Source of the DNA: Iphione sp. A-MEVVRFRX5
Lineage: Eukaryota
Assembly (NCBI GenBank): GCA_976226885.1
Contig: OZ320320.1
Coordinates: 64,480,001 to 64,544,000 of the forward strand
Direction: 5' to 3'
DNA length: 64,000 nucleotides
Part shown: positions 41,008-54,260 of the stretch, piece by piece
Position numbering within the stretch: position 1 is the first letter of the stretch
How the letters are laid out: each line of letters begins with the position of its first letter
The notes under the pieces: generated by a model
Told to the model about the DNA's origin: nothing
Databases searched by the model: none
What the model saw: the letters and a program-made list of their open reading frames with translations, nothing else
Made by a program: the position numbers and the translations under genes

Positions 41008-41046
41008 CTTCCTTTCCGTTCCTTTGACACTTCTCTCACCTCTCAT
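41008..41046 (-). CDS. Candidate alternative first exon MRGERSVKGTERK| (phase 0; frame open upstream to 41169)
   Basis: Donor AAG|GTAAAT in frame with the track ORF 40864-41169; downstream of a CpG patch carrying an overlapping CACGTG/TGAGTCA site at 41270-41280. Confidence 0.3.
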
Positions 41047-41609
41047 CACACGGTCAAGAATCACCAATGGCCATCCACATTCACGCTCACACAAATTGAC
41101 ACACACTCTCGGCTCCTCGATGGGTACGAAGGAAACTGGTTGACTCGAGTACACGTTGAGTCGACCCATAAATCACATAGTTCCCGATAGGCGGCGCCTT
41201 GCCAGTGGGGACCTCAAACGGATAAAGTCAGAGTCAATCAAGCTGGTTTGGCAGCCGGGTCCCGCTAACCACGTGAGTCAACGAGATTTCCCAGGTCTCG
41301 CGGAATCCCGTCGGCTGGCTGAGATCTGCCGAGGCACCGCAATATTTAATGTCATAAATGCGCTGGTGTCTTTGGAACCTATGGATTACGCAGTTTTTGT
41401 TGATGCATAGAAGTGGGGACGTTCAAGAAAGAAATCAGGAGTATCTACTGAACTTCTAAAAGTTCTTTTACCGTGATGACAGACGGGTTGCTGTCAAATA
41501 TTCTCGCAACATAGGAGTAGATAATTGGCATGGTCGGATAGACACATTTTGGTATAAGAAAGCTACGGTAACTTGTTGGAAAAAGAGGCTAGCGGGGTAA
41601 ATTGCTTAC

Positions 41610-41684
41610 CAAGGTGACTTCCCTTGAGGAATCCTGGATGTGTTGATGACTTGTAATTTGCAGTTGGTGTTGAGCTGGTAAACA
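41610..41684 (-). CDS. Candidate 75-nt symmetric internal exon, open in all three frames
   Basis: Acceptor atatttgcag|, donor TTG|GTAAGC. The phase-2 frame VYQLNTNCKLQVINTSRIPQGKSP is rich in C-ending codons. Confidence 0.35.
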
Positions 41685-43621
41685 CTGCAAATATATAGAT
41701 ACCATTCATGGTGCCTCCCCTCAGGCCAATGTTCATATGAACGAACTTAATATGCATCTCTAATGCATAAGATGTTTATTAAACGAATGAATAGTACACG
41801 ATTTGTATCTTCATTATTGGATCAATATAAGCCTATTCAAATAACAGTGAATGTTCTATAAAAATCAATTTATCATTTGTTTGTGAGATACATTTACTAC
41901 ATTATATTGCGATAAATGAAGCTGCTAATATAAGTTTCTAACTTTCATATGAAAAGCGCACTAAAAATCACGGGGCTACAACTAATGTCAGGAAAATTTA
42001 TGAAGAGTGTTCAATAAATTAATAAGTATGTTAACTGAATATAAAACATGTATCTTGGCAATACAAGAGTCCTGGTTAAATGACAGAATAGGCTTTAATT
42101 ATCTACAAATTTATGGGCATTTAGCATGATGGATAGTAGATCTAATATTTCTAATGTACAAAACAAAGCTTGGGAGGTTTGATAACATATTTCAGGGATT
42201 CACATGAATAAACAAATCAAAGTCCAGATGGTTAAATGGTACCAGGGATGAGAAAAAAGTGGATCTATTTTAATATATATAACATCCTTTTGAATCGCTC
42301 CCGTTATTCTACAATGAGATAGAATCACTGATAGAGAAACCCTCAATTCTATAAGAAAAACATATTGGATGCCAACGGGTGAAAGAAACCCACGTTCATA
42401 AAACCAAAAGTTGAACGAATACTTCTGGACCGATCAAGTAAACCCAACAAGGTGAACCGAACAACAACAAAGATGGAAGACACTATTGCCACTAACAGTA
42501 AACATGGAGTTATAGAAATTACTATATCTGACCGCAAGCTGCTTTTTGTAAATACGAAGACACAGACAAGCAGACTGACGCATCTTATAAAACACTGGAT
42601 TTTAAAAAAAAAACTTTCATTGGAATAAACACGATTTTCAGTAAGATATTATAAATCATACAAAGGCATTGCAAATGCTAACACGGAAATAGTGATAAAC
42701 TGAACAAGGTTATTTACTAAAGTCATACCGTACCATCTCAGTGTAATTTTAACTGTATTTTAGACGATTTATCCAAACATATTAGGTTTTAAAACTATTT
42801 TCCAAGAATATCAAAAAATGAGGGTGTCACTTGAAGGATTAATGGAGAAGTACGAAGCAATAAAAGGCACAAATGAGGAAGCGAATAAAAACTCGGAAAG
42901 AAATGCATTACAGAGAGGAACTGAGATAATTGTAATTGAATGATTATTTAGACTAATCACAAAAGTACTTTAGAAGACTAACTCTAAAGGTAATAAAATT
43001 AATACTCTACGCGAAGGAGTAAATTTGCTGGAGAGACTCCGAATACCTCCACTGATTTTTTTACACTAGTGGTTGATAAATGAACGAAACATTTGTACGT
43101 TCGAGATTAACCAGAGTAAACATTTAGTGTGTGCCTAGTTCATAATATGCTTTCTTAGGTTTTGTGATAGAAGTAGGTCAAGTATGGCAGACGGTCTTTT
43201 GATAATTGCTGGAAAAACTAGAACTGATAAAAAATTGGAAGTTTGATCATGATACATAGAAAGACTTGATATCACTGTATAGATAATGCAAGATGTCGAA
43301 TGTTGAATCAAAATTGTCTCTAAAGTTTTATCGGGTTAAACCCATATGCATTAATTCCAGTTTATTCTCACCAGATATACATGTACTGTTGTATTTTAGA
43401 TGATGACCATGATTTGTTTCGTAAGAATCTACTATGCTTAATTGATAACAAGTTATGTAGGATGCGTACCTAAAAAACTCTTGAAGAGGCAAAGTTTGGA
43501 TGAAAAAAAAATCGTCTTTATCTTTAAAGTATATATTGTTTTTTCTAGCCAGAACTACTTAATCATATATTCACAATGCAATTCGCCGACAAAAAAGATA
43601 AATGAAATAGGCAAAAATTAC

Positions 43622-43717
43622 CTTCCTCGAATCGTAACACCACACTTCGATGGTGCCAGCAGTGTTAGTGCTGATCTGCATGTATCGAAAATGGCCTGCT
43701 TTTCGTAAGAAGCTCAT
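43622..43717 (-). CDS. Candidate alternative first exon MSFLRKAGHFRYMQISTNTAGTIEVWCYDSRK| (phase 0)
   Basis: Donor AAG|GTAATT, 32 open codons; upstream G-run cluster and two CTCF-like motifs (43941-43957, 44058-44073). The ATG context is weak. Confidence 0.35.
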
Positions 43718-46700
43718 CGACAATTTGTGAATTCCGGAGCTGCCATATCCTGGGTTTGGAATGGGTTGGCATGGAGAGAGGGATGGGATTTGGGTTGGAC
43801 CGGGATTTGGACCTGGGGATGGGGGTGGGGGGCGGGCTATACGGGCTATAACACCAGATGGGATTCCGACTGGTATGAAGATAGAGGAACGGAGGGGGGG
43901 GGGGGTTCCAGCGTAAGAAGGAGGAGGCGAAGAGAGAAGAGAGACCTCTGGTGGCACGTAATCTGCACGTTCTCCACTAACCTAACTCAACCTAACGACC
44001 GGCGAGACCTGGCTGGCCCCTCCCAGGTACCGATAACCTAGAGTAATACTTCTGCGTCCCGACAGAGGGCGCAGCCGTCGACTTCACGGTATGCATTCCT
44101 TTCATTGCGGCGTTTATTCCCCTCCCATTTATTTATTTATTTGTACGCTATTTTTTGTCCCTCTCTTTTATTTTGTTTAACGGGGAATGCCACCATTTAT
44201 CTCCTTTCATTGCTCCCTTCCCACATTATCAATGCAGCCTTCGCTAGGATTTCTATCTGGCATATTCTTCACCTCTGCGTTTTCTGGACTGCCCGGGGAC
44301 ACTGGTAATAATGTATGTCTTGAGTTGTAGCCGAAGCAAATTCAGGTTTTTACTAGCTTGCAGTTATAGGGTTCACATGCATTATATAAGTGTGTAAATA
44401 TATAAATATGAAAGTATACATCAATCGTCACCTGTTTTAGTCATCTGAAAGTGTGGGAAGCCCATTGCCGACCAATAAGAGAGGCAATAGCTTAGATTCA
44501 CCGCTAGTTCACTCTTTTTTCTCAAATGGAAACATTTTCATGCGCATGTGGTTGGATGGTTTGTCTGATAGCAGGAAAACGGGTTAATTTGATCGAAACA
44601 GTGTTCAGCTATGATCAAAAAAGAAAGTAATATTGCAAAAGAAGCACCAATAAACTATATCGTACATTCACTAGAACGGCAATAATCTAACCGCATAGGA
44701 TATAAATTCGCGGAATTTTTAAAAATTCTGTTATTCTGCAATGCAAGATAACCTAGCGACTTCTAACGATGCCAGTGCTCTCACACATTGGTTCACTGGT
44801 TATTAAAACCAAAGTCCATCCACACACAGTTTACTCCTCGTCTGAGCGTCATCTTCCAACGCATACGCTTACTCATAGATGTTCCATTCGCGCTAACGAA
44901 CTCTCACACAAAGTCGTCTATGCACGAACAAATTTGGACGCGATGAGTGGGGACGATTTCCACCGGCGGAACTTGGGTAAAGTGTTTCCGCCTCTTTGAA
45001 CCGGGAGTGGAGAATTCGCCTTCCAGTGACTGGTTGCATTGACGCATGCCCGATAAGGGGGGGGGGCGTGTGGAAAGGCCCGAGATGTGGGTACAATGTA
45101 TATGTTCATCATGTGGGTACGTCTATCAAGACAGGGGCCAGGAGCGCCGTTAGAATCGTATACCTCTGTGACTCCCTCCCGATGGGAGGGCACAGCCCAC
45201 ATAACAGACGCGTCCCTCATCTATCTGGACGCGAATCTATCCCGATACTTGTCGAGAAAGCCAGAGGGACTAACAGACTAACAGCCTGAATAAGGTGTGG
45301 GATATTTCCATACGTTAGGTAAAAACAGGATAATATTCGAAGTGGAATAGGAAAAAATGCGGTGAATGAGTAGGAAAAGAAATACTACACGGGTTAAACA
45401 GTTCGTTTTATTTTTAATTACGCACGCAAATGGCAGATATACATGTATTTGTTAGTATCACTGTGGAACAATATAATCTAACCGATTGTGACCGGCCTGT
45501 GCCTGAGACTCAGCATTACATTACTTCAACAAATTTACAGCACGCCAACTGGATAATTTGACCAATGCTATCCGTGGTTTTGCTTATCTTCTCTCCTCAA
45601 TTAACCATGATAACAATTTGTCTTGGCTTAATTTCTAGTTATCATTGTACCAAGTTGATGTTTTGATAAATTGTGCAGGTGTTAAGTTCCCAGGCACCCA
45701 ACTAGCGTTCCCTAGTTGAAAATGGTAGAAAGCTGTATATGCATGAACATAATTATTTACTGACTTCTTTTTGACCAGCGAGAGAATTCCCACACAGTAT
45801 ATGTAAATCAACTCGCTGAGAGAGAGAAAAAGAGATGTAGTAAGAGCAATGCGGGTTCACGACTGTTCACGTGTAGGTGTGGTTTGGTCACGTGTACATG
45901 TGTATGTATCTGGGTATGTAGGTGGAGATAAAAGGTCCATATTTCCAATGAAGAGCTTCCATATATTGTGTTTCTCAAGAAAGTCGTTCTGTCGATTGTT
46001 TGGGATGAGATAAACAGACGTGTAGCACTTTAATGTCTGGCTCGATGTTCTTAATGCCCCCTTTATTCTTGATCTCCGTCCTAAAACCGAGCCTCATCTC
46101 TCTGTATTCGGCTCTGTCTTTCCATTGTTTCCTTGATCAATCCCTCTTTTTCCTTCTCCCTCTCCTTTCTATCATTTTTATTCCCTATCTTTGTCAGTTC
46201 TCTTCCTATTGCCCATATATCAAGCTTCAGTTCGGTGTTACAGCTCAACACGTAACCTCCAAGCCTTCCCTCAGCCTGCCCTCGACCTCTGACGTTTGCC
46301 CTGCCTTTAACCTTTGACCCAACATGCTTAGCCCCAAACACAAGCGTAACGGAAACCCTTGACCTTACGCTTTCATGTGATCCAGGTTCCCACACATTAG
46401 TTCCATGGTTCATGTTTTTTTCTGGAGCCATGTTTACCGGCAGGAATATGGAATCAATTTATCTAGTTTTGCTTACACTTTTATGGACTTTCTCTTCTAC
46501 ACACTGGAATGACTAGATATATAGATAAAATAGTGCAATATGCAAATAAAAGATAAAGATTTATCAGAAACAAATTGCATATTTACATTGTCCATGCCTT
46601 GCAGTTTCTATGTGATTAATGGCTATTATGTTTTCTAATTCACACATCGCTGATTGCTTGAAAAGCTGCCACAGGCTGATATATTTCTCTACAAATAGGA

Positions 46701-47099
46701 GGAATGTTACAAATTAATGTTTTCTCATCGCGCAAGTGATGTCAAAAATGGCAAAATCAATTAAATAGGGTCATTCGTTGAATAGAGGAAAAACCAATGG
46801 AGTACATGCTTCTGCTTTCCTTAGCTAGCTTTGGATTGACTTTTTCTTTTACCCTGTTAATTTTACAGTTTTGCAATACTAATGCTGGATCCGGTCTCTG
46901 CTATTTTCTCATGAAAGGGTTCTATAATATTGATTTGTATATGCATATGTTAGAGCAGAAATGTAAAAACCTTAATAAGTTCCATGTAACTGGTACTAGA
47001 AATACATTGATACATTTGATAACTTGATGATTTAGGGCCGGTCTGCTTGGCATCCATTGATCATTAATGAGCCCTGCCCGATAATTTCATGCATAAATG

Positions 47100-47950
47100 C
47101 ACAAACACAAATGCAAGGAAGCACAAGGGCATTTCCTCATATTAACTCATTTGACTCACTTTTAATCACTTTTCCATGCCATTTCAGCACATGTCTGTAC
47201 ATGTCTTCCCATGTCCATCCTTTTCTGAACTTTTTTCATGTCATTTTTTTCAGTTTTTCGTGACATTTTGCAACATAACTGTCCTTTTTCATCATTTCCC
47301 CCCTCAGTCTTGCCATTTTTTATGGCTTTAAGCACGGTGTCCATCCCTTTACATTATTTTCCTGTCATTTTGCCTTGTTTGTGGTTTTTAGCATCAAATT
47401 CATCCTTTTTCATAATTTTCCCCCTCATTTCCCCGCAAGCAAAATACAAGCTCAAAAGACACCCCCGTGTATGAGCTTGCAGGCAACCAAAACCACATGT
47501 AAATGCATGTTAATGCACATGGAAGGCAAATGCGGGGGAACACGTGTAAACACAGATAAGGGAACCGGGCCTTAGGGCCAGTTTCCATACTTTCATGAGT
47601 GTGTTGCCCGTGTGCTGCATGTCAATTGTGTGAGTGATATATCTTTAATGAACCAAGCCTACCAAGGACATCTTTCCATATCTGCTTTGCATGGTGTTTA
47701 GGTTGATCATTTTCGTGCAGTGCACATTCATTTCATGCTAATGTTTTTATTAACATATTATTTGGTTTAAGCAGATAGCCCTTGCAGAGGTCAAACTATG
47801 CGAGAATGTGTGACAAACGTGATTAAGAAATTATGTTAGGTTTTGTTTGAGACATTTTCATACATAACACACCTCAAAGCATTTCTCCACATTTCCAATT
47901 ATTTGCACACATTTTCTGCATATTTCATATCATTACATTATGGTGTAGTA
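47100..47950. repeat. CATG-rich, T-skewed probable interspersed repeat
   Basis: Shares a 28-bp motif (24/28 identity) with 56868-56895 and has similar T-rich/CATG texture. Boundaries approximate. Confidence 0.35.
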
Positions 47951-48012
47951 AGTAGATCATGAGTCATTACCACCTTATGGAAGCATGCGTTGGATGAAGA
48001 ATGAAATTATTT

Positions 48013-48037
48013 CTTATCTTATCTTATCTTATCTTAT
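48013..48037 (-). repeat. (ATAAG)5 microsatellite, possible retroelement 3' tail on the minus strand
   Basis: Plus strand (CTTAT)5 is exact; the tail interpretation is inferred. Confidence 0.65.
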
Positions 48038-50559
48038 GGTTCTTGTTGGTGGCCAGAGATAGCAGGGCCTGCTGGGGCCATGCAGGAGCAGCTGGTGGAA
48101 GGATAGAGACTGCTTAGGGCAAGCAGGGGCCGGTATGAAATTAGGTAGAGTAAAATATCAAGCGTTTATGTTTGGAAACAGATATGTCCAGGTACAGGAT
48201 ATCAAATGGTAATAACATGGGTTGCATGCGTCTCTGGGCATTCAATTAAGAAGGAATTTGGGTGTGGAGCATCTGGAAAGTGCAGGCCGACTGTACATCG
48301 ATATCAGGAGTGATGCTTGAGTTATGAGTGTCATTTCATCCTAAAAGAATGTGTCTGTTTAATCACTATATGGACTTACTTAAGACTTATTCGTGATCAG
48401 AATACTAATGTAGGAATTGCCTTTTTCATTTTCTTTAGTATCAAACAAACCGTTTTCTACGATTGTGAAAAGTTCTAACTTATCGATGTATTTTCAGGTT
48501 TTTAAGTTAGTTTACGTGGTACCTGCTAAGATGCAAAGTATACCAAAATCATTCTACACATATCACGAGACGTAAAATCTAAAATGAATACACATAGATA
48601 CAACTAAGACATATCAGTGACGACTTCTGGTTCTGAAGTCTCGTGATATGTAAGATGGATTATTTACCCCTTGATCTCACAATGGCCCACCGCAGCGTAC
48701 AAATTTTTGCTAAGTTCACAAGAGGGGGTTGAAGCTGTGTTTTTAAGTCCTATTTTGACACATGACGACCAATGACCTTCACCTTGTGTGATCTAAATCA
48801 TCAGCCGGTGATTTAGGGCCGGGATCGGAGTAAACCGACCTGATATGGCCGAACACGGAGAGGGTGGCCCTGGAGAGTCAGAATGGATTAGTTCTGAGCT
48901 GTTCCTTGAAGGAAGCGAGCTACTGTGAGCAGTAAACCTCCTCCCAACGCTCACCATCCATCATCGCCTCTTCTCAGGTTGTCATGAGCCTGCTCATGTG
49001 ACTAGACTGAGTCTACATAGGTATATATATATCTGCTGAAAACCTTTGAATTTTAAGTCGACTTCTCTGTATTGTTGACTATATTAGCACCTGGAATAAG
49101 GCCATTCATGTAATGTGGTTTACGATGCGACCCCATAAACTCTGTCACGAAAAGAGTACATGGGTTAGGAAGAGTTGTAAGGAACTGAGATTTATATTAA
49201 GCTCTCCCAAACAAAACAATGAACACTTTACTAATTAACACGTTGCTCTTAGAGGATTGACTGTAAATATTCAATTAATTTGCAATGAAGGTTTTCAGTT
49301 TGTTACCGGATATTTTGTATAACCGGGTAGCGTTTCCTTTGATAAAACAATCCATTGTGTATTGACGTTGTAGACTCAATAAAGAAGTGTCAAATTAAAT
49401 CAAATTTATTAAATCAAGGGTAACTTAGTATGGAAGCATTTTTTATCTGCTTATGCACCTGCCGGGCGAAAGGATTATTACACTACCTCCGCTGCCGTGT
49501 ATGATGAGGATTAAACTCGAAATCATCTTATTTTTTTCGAATACTTAGCTATAAATTCGAATCCCCGTTTTAGTTCTTGTCATGTCTTTGCAAACCCACC
49601 CCCGGATATGAAAATTTATATCTACGATTGACCTCTGAACACAAGAGTTGGAATATAGGTTTTACCACGGGAGTCCACACCTGTGTAACTTAAAGTATAA
49701 CTGTAGTAGCTCATAAACTCATTTGGATGGTTTTCCCCTTTCAAGACCTTTGTCCTCATGCAGCAAGGAAGGGGAAGACCTAGTGGTACGTGCCACCAAG
49801 GGTGAGGGTGGGTTGGACTGGGTTTGACTAATCAATGACTTTTGTTATTATGTACTTGATCAGTATTTTGAGAATGGATCTGGTTAAATCAATGAGAACA
49901 CCTTGCAGCTATATGGGCATGAGAATCTATACTACTAAACGGAAGATGTTACTTATGTTGAGACACCAGAATAACAAATATAACCTACAGCATGACCATG
50001 GGAATGCTTATGTCTAATGTGTTAGTTGCCTTGGAGTGTCAGCACGGTTTCATGTGAGACCAAACTAAAATAACAAGGTGCAGGATGTGATACGCCTCAA
50101 ATTTATAATATTTATATTTGGATGTTAAAGATCCAAATAATTAAGATCGCACACCGAGAGTATCCCCATTAGTTTTTGGTATACTGGGTGTAGGCCGGGT
50201 TAAATTCAAGGAATACCCTACTGTGATATGATCTTATGAAACTGAACTATAACATAAAGATGTTACAGATGTGAGATAGTTAACCAATGAAAGATATGAC
50301 TTGTAACCGGACCCTGAAGAAGTTTATTTCCAGTGTCTGTTGCTATGACGTATTAGCCTGATGTTGGATAAGATGAAACTTTGAAAACTATGATGACTGA
50401 TGCGGAATGATGCAACGTTGGTACATTTATTTTGTGTTGTACATCTATCTTGTGCTTTCAATGATCGAATGGTCAACTGCATACTGAGAGACAAACAATG
50501 GTGACATTCATGTAACTATGACGTTCTGCCAGACTATTACTTATGATACTTACGCACTA

Positions 50560-50706
50560 CTTTGTTGTATTTAATTTCTGCAGTATCTCATTACTCTACT
50601 CCACTGTCGCACTATTTAACTACACTATCGTATTCATTCACTTGGAAAGCTCTGTAACTGTCAACGGAGATCTTGAATAAACAGTTGAACTTGAACTTGA
50701 ACTTGA
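50560..50706 (+). mobile_element. 3' end of a non-LTR retrotransposon (AATAAA plus (TTGAAC)n tail)
   Basis: AATAAA at 50676-50681, followed 3 nt later by ttgaacttgaacttgaacttga, the layout typical of CR1/L2-group LINE 3' ends. The 5' boundary is uncertain. Confidence 0.55.
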
Positions 50707-53700
50707 CATTATCGATGCATTCTGTCTGTTACCTCTTTGATACTACGGGTTATTGTAAGTCATTTTTGTTTCATCGAAAACGTTTACTTGACTGTACCGG
50801 GATCAACCGACTCCATAAGCCATCAACATCCGCCTCAAAGTCAATACTTTATGGCCAAGCTTCTCACGGATATTGTGGAAGTCAGTCTGTAGGGGATGTT
50901 TTAGGTGCCTGCAGGCAAGTAGCGCATAACGTTATTCAAGTAGAATTTCATGAGAATTACTCTGAGACTTTCTGAGAAAAAAAAACTGACATTCGCACAA
51001 GCCCGGATTATTTGAGTGCGGGAAAATAAATATCTAGGGTTAAATTATGCTGCCCTCAGACCATTCCGATGTTCTCAACCCCGCTGAAATGTACTTTCGC
51101 ATTAAGAATTTATATAGATTTATCACGTTTTTCATTTTGCCAATGGAAAGGCAGTCGTGGTCATGGCGTTTTTCTCAGACGTTCTTCAGGGGACCTTTTT
51201 GCCGAATATCATCATCTGGCTTACTTGTCTGTCTGTTCCGCTTTCCTTTAACCTGTCTTTTTCCCTAATGTTTCTACCTTTCGAGTCTACGTCACCCCCC
51301 CCCCCCGTCTTCAAACTCAGGCGTCTAGCGTCTTATTTTTCTTCTCCCTCACCTCGCTGTGACTTCCTCAATCGATCTTCCAGTGAGTGCAGATGATGAC
51401 GGTAATCCCCAAATGATCCCCCTAAAACCGTGGGGATTGACGGAGATTAGCGTCAAATTCACGTCCGATCTTAGACGGTCAATGTTGACAGCCTTCTCAA
51501 CTGGGTTCTCGGAAGCAGCCAGGTTGGTGGTTGTGCTTCATACTGTTCGGAGATGTTGAGGATAGGTCGAACGGGGGTGCTGGGGCTGGCGAGGGAAAAA
51601 GACTGCTGCCATCGTTTGTCGAAAGCTGCAGGGCCAAAATAGTGCCAAAAAGACCTAAATAGGAGCACACAGCAGAGGGGGTAAACCACTTTAAGTCTAG
51701 AGCATTTGGAGGATACATTACCCACCGAGCAGCATTATAACTGAACAACGTAACAGTGTTAAAATAAGGAACCTAGGCAACACGACATTCTACTTCCCAA
51801 GTGTGTAACTTAAACATAAACCCTACACTGTAAGGCTCAGTCAGTTTCCTTGTATCCGTGTTTTCAGAGGAGTGTTGGCATGTTTCTGGCATTGTTTTTT
51901 TTTTTTGGGGGGGGGATGAGAATACGAAAAAGGAGGAGTTTTTTCATACACTGAGTGTGTTCAAGAGAAGGCATCAGTTGTGCGGCTCCTTTTTCATGCA
52001 CCAAGTTGTTAAATGACTGATTTACTGCTTAGTTATCATGTTGGTCAGTTCGCATGCTATAAGTTTGCCTTTTCGCCAAGTGTCAGGATTCTGTGTTAAA
52101 TACTTTGGTGATATCAATAAGGAAATGTAACATTGTTATAACAATCATTATCACAAACAATTCAAACCTGCGTAGTAGACCAACGTTGCGACTGTACAAT
52201 TTTGGTTACTCACCATACAGGGTTAGTCTCTCCTGTGAGTGATTTACTAATGTGACCAGAGAGTTTGGGACTGGATTTTGGTAATAATATAGCTATATCA
52301 GTTATATATAAGTAATATATATAGTCATAGTGGTAATGTTTTTCTCACTTCTCATTATACCTTGGTTAGCCCGTGTATTTATTCGAATTTAGTAGCCCTG
52401 TGTACAATCTGTCCGCCTTCACTATACATGTATTATTCAACTGGCCAATTTTTTTCTCGAACTGTCCTAGAATTGTACCCCCTCAGTTTATGTGTTGGTA
52501 TTCCAATGCTCTGCACGTAGAGTACTGTGACCAACCCTCTTAACCACAAAGATGGCGAGGATTGTAACACACAAAAACACGCATTCATCGTTTCCCAGGT
52601 TCTTCTAGTTTATTTCTTGACAGTAAAATTACACACTGTGTTACAAAAGACTCTGCTGAGGCATTGTATTGAAAAAAAAATACTTTTCACATGAGAAAGT
52701 GAGCGAGAGTAACAGCAGGAAGGGAAGAATTCGACACGGGGAGAGCCCAAGTCAGAGGTTGGGCAAGAGCGAGAATAACTGTGTGCATGTGCGCTTATAT
52801 ATATTGCTATATAGAGATGACTGTATAAGTAGGAATGAATCGAATTCAGGATTGAATGCTTGCCGGTGGCACTGTTGTATCTAAGTTACTTCATTGGCAT
52901 TTTCAAATGCAATATCTTAGGCGGAAATGCGTTAGTGTGTGCTCTGCTTATGAATAGATGCAACATTCTCGAAGAGACAGTATGTAAAAACTCTCAGTTG
53001 CATTACCTGTGTTTCGTCGTCAGTAACTCAGACGTCAGTTTTTAGTCTGCATACAGTCCCCTTTGTTATGCATTTCTAAGAGTGTGCACTTGAATTATAT
53101 ATTGGCAGTGATTAACGGTGCTACCTCGTGAATACCTAGCATAGAAGAGTTGGTGAATAATATCTTTGTCGTGCTTTTTTTTCAAACACATACAGTTGAG
53201 GTTTGTTCTTTCACGTGAGACCCAACAGGTGGCGCCTGTATAGATATATGCACATGCAAGCCGCCCTGTATCAATACACGGGCAAACCAGCATGAGAAAC
53301 ACAACGTGTGACAAGAGGTATAAAAAAGGGAAGAGGGAGAGGCAGGTGCACTTATCCCTTGTTTAAAATATACATGAATAATCACATATATACAAGTTCT
53401 TTTTTATATCATGACGTTCTCAATCGCATTTTTGGTACTTCTAGACCGCATGTACATATGCAGTCCTAAAAAAACAAGGAAACCTCTTTATGTATGTATG
53501 GATAAATATGCGTGTAGAATTGGAAATTCCGATGGTACAAGGCCAGCAGGTGTTTCGGTCGTATATAAACGGTCAACGTGTGCAAGAATTAAGTCTCCAA
53601 AGGAACGAATTATAAAATCAACCAACGACTCAATTAAACAATCTAACAGATTCTCATGCCAATTATTTAACCCGCGTTAGATATGTTATCCTCTGATAAC

Positions 53701-53979
53701 TGTGTCTTCCACCCTTTCTGTTTGCCCGTCGCCTACTCTATTCCTCTGTCTGTCTATTCAATGCTAATAGCTACTTAGATCATATTTTCCTATCCAAAAA
53801 AGAGAATTAGTATCATGGGAGTTTTGTTTTAACCGCTACGTCCGTTCAGTGTAGGTTTTTGTCTGTCATGCAACTGTCACACACTGCACGTAAAGAGTGT
53901 ATTGAGTTGGGAGTTGAACGTATCTTTGCTGGAGCCTTCTTCCCCTTCTTGGGTACGATGCATCTGTTAGAAGACTCAC

Positions 53980-54005
53980 CCACCCCATGGGTACAGAACT
54001 CCCAT
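53980..54005 (-). CDS. Candidate alternative first exon: MGVLYPWG+GG| (phase 2, ATG 54005) or MGW| (phase 0, ATG 53988)
   Basis: Donor TGG|GTGAGT; cgccATGG context at 54005; G4/GC box at 54100-54119 and CACGTG at 54063 upstream. Confidence 0.35.
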
Positions 54006-54260
54006 GGCGGGTCGGGTAGATGATCTCTATTTACTCCCTGGGTGGGCAAGCGAGTCTGAACCCACGTGAGCAGTTTCTACCGTATGTCCTGAGCTGCTCG
54101 GGGTACTGGGAGGGGCGGGACGATTAGAAGGGTGTGCTTGATGGTGGAGGCGGTCGGTCCATCGGCCAGCGACTCAAGCCGACCCCACTTCGCAATGCGC
54201 ATGATCGTCACGCTCTACCCACGCAGTGAATCGCTCACTCCCAAACCGACTGTCGGACGC
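53990..54260 (-). promoter_or_regulatory. CpG-rich promoter-like patch
   Basis: GGGGCGGG GC box, CACGTG, NRF1-like ATGCGCAT, high CpG density. Confidence 0.5.

Noticed and set aside
42378-42945. A-rich plus-strand stretch with stop-free runs (MEDTIATNSK..., MRVSLEGLME...)
   Set aside because: Short, broken frames with no motif; may be decayed transposon coding sequence but cannot be supported.
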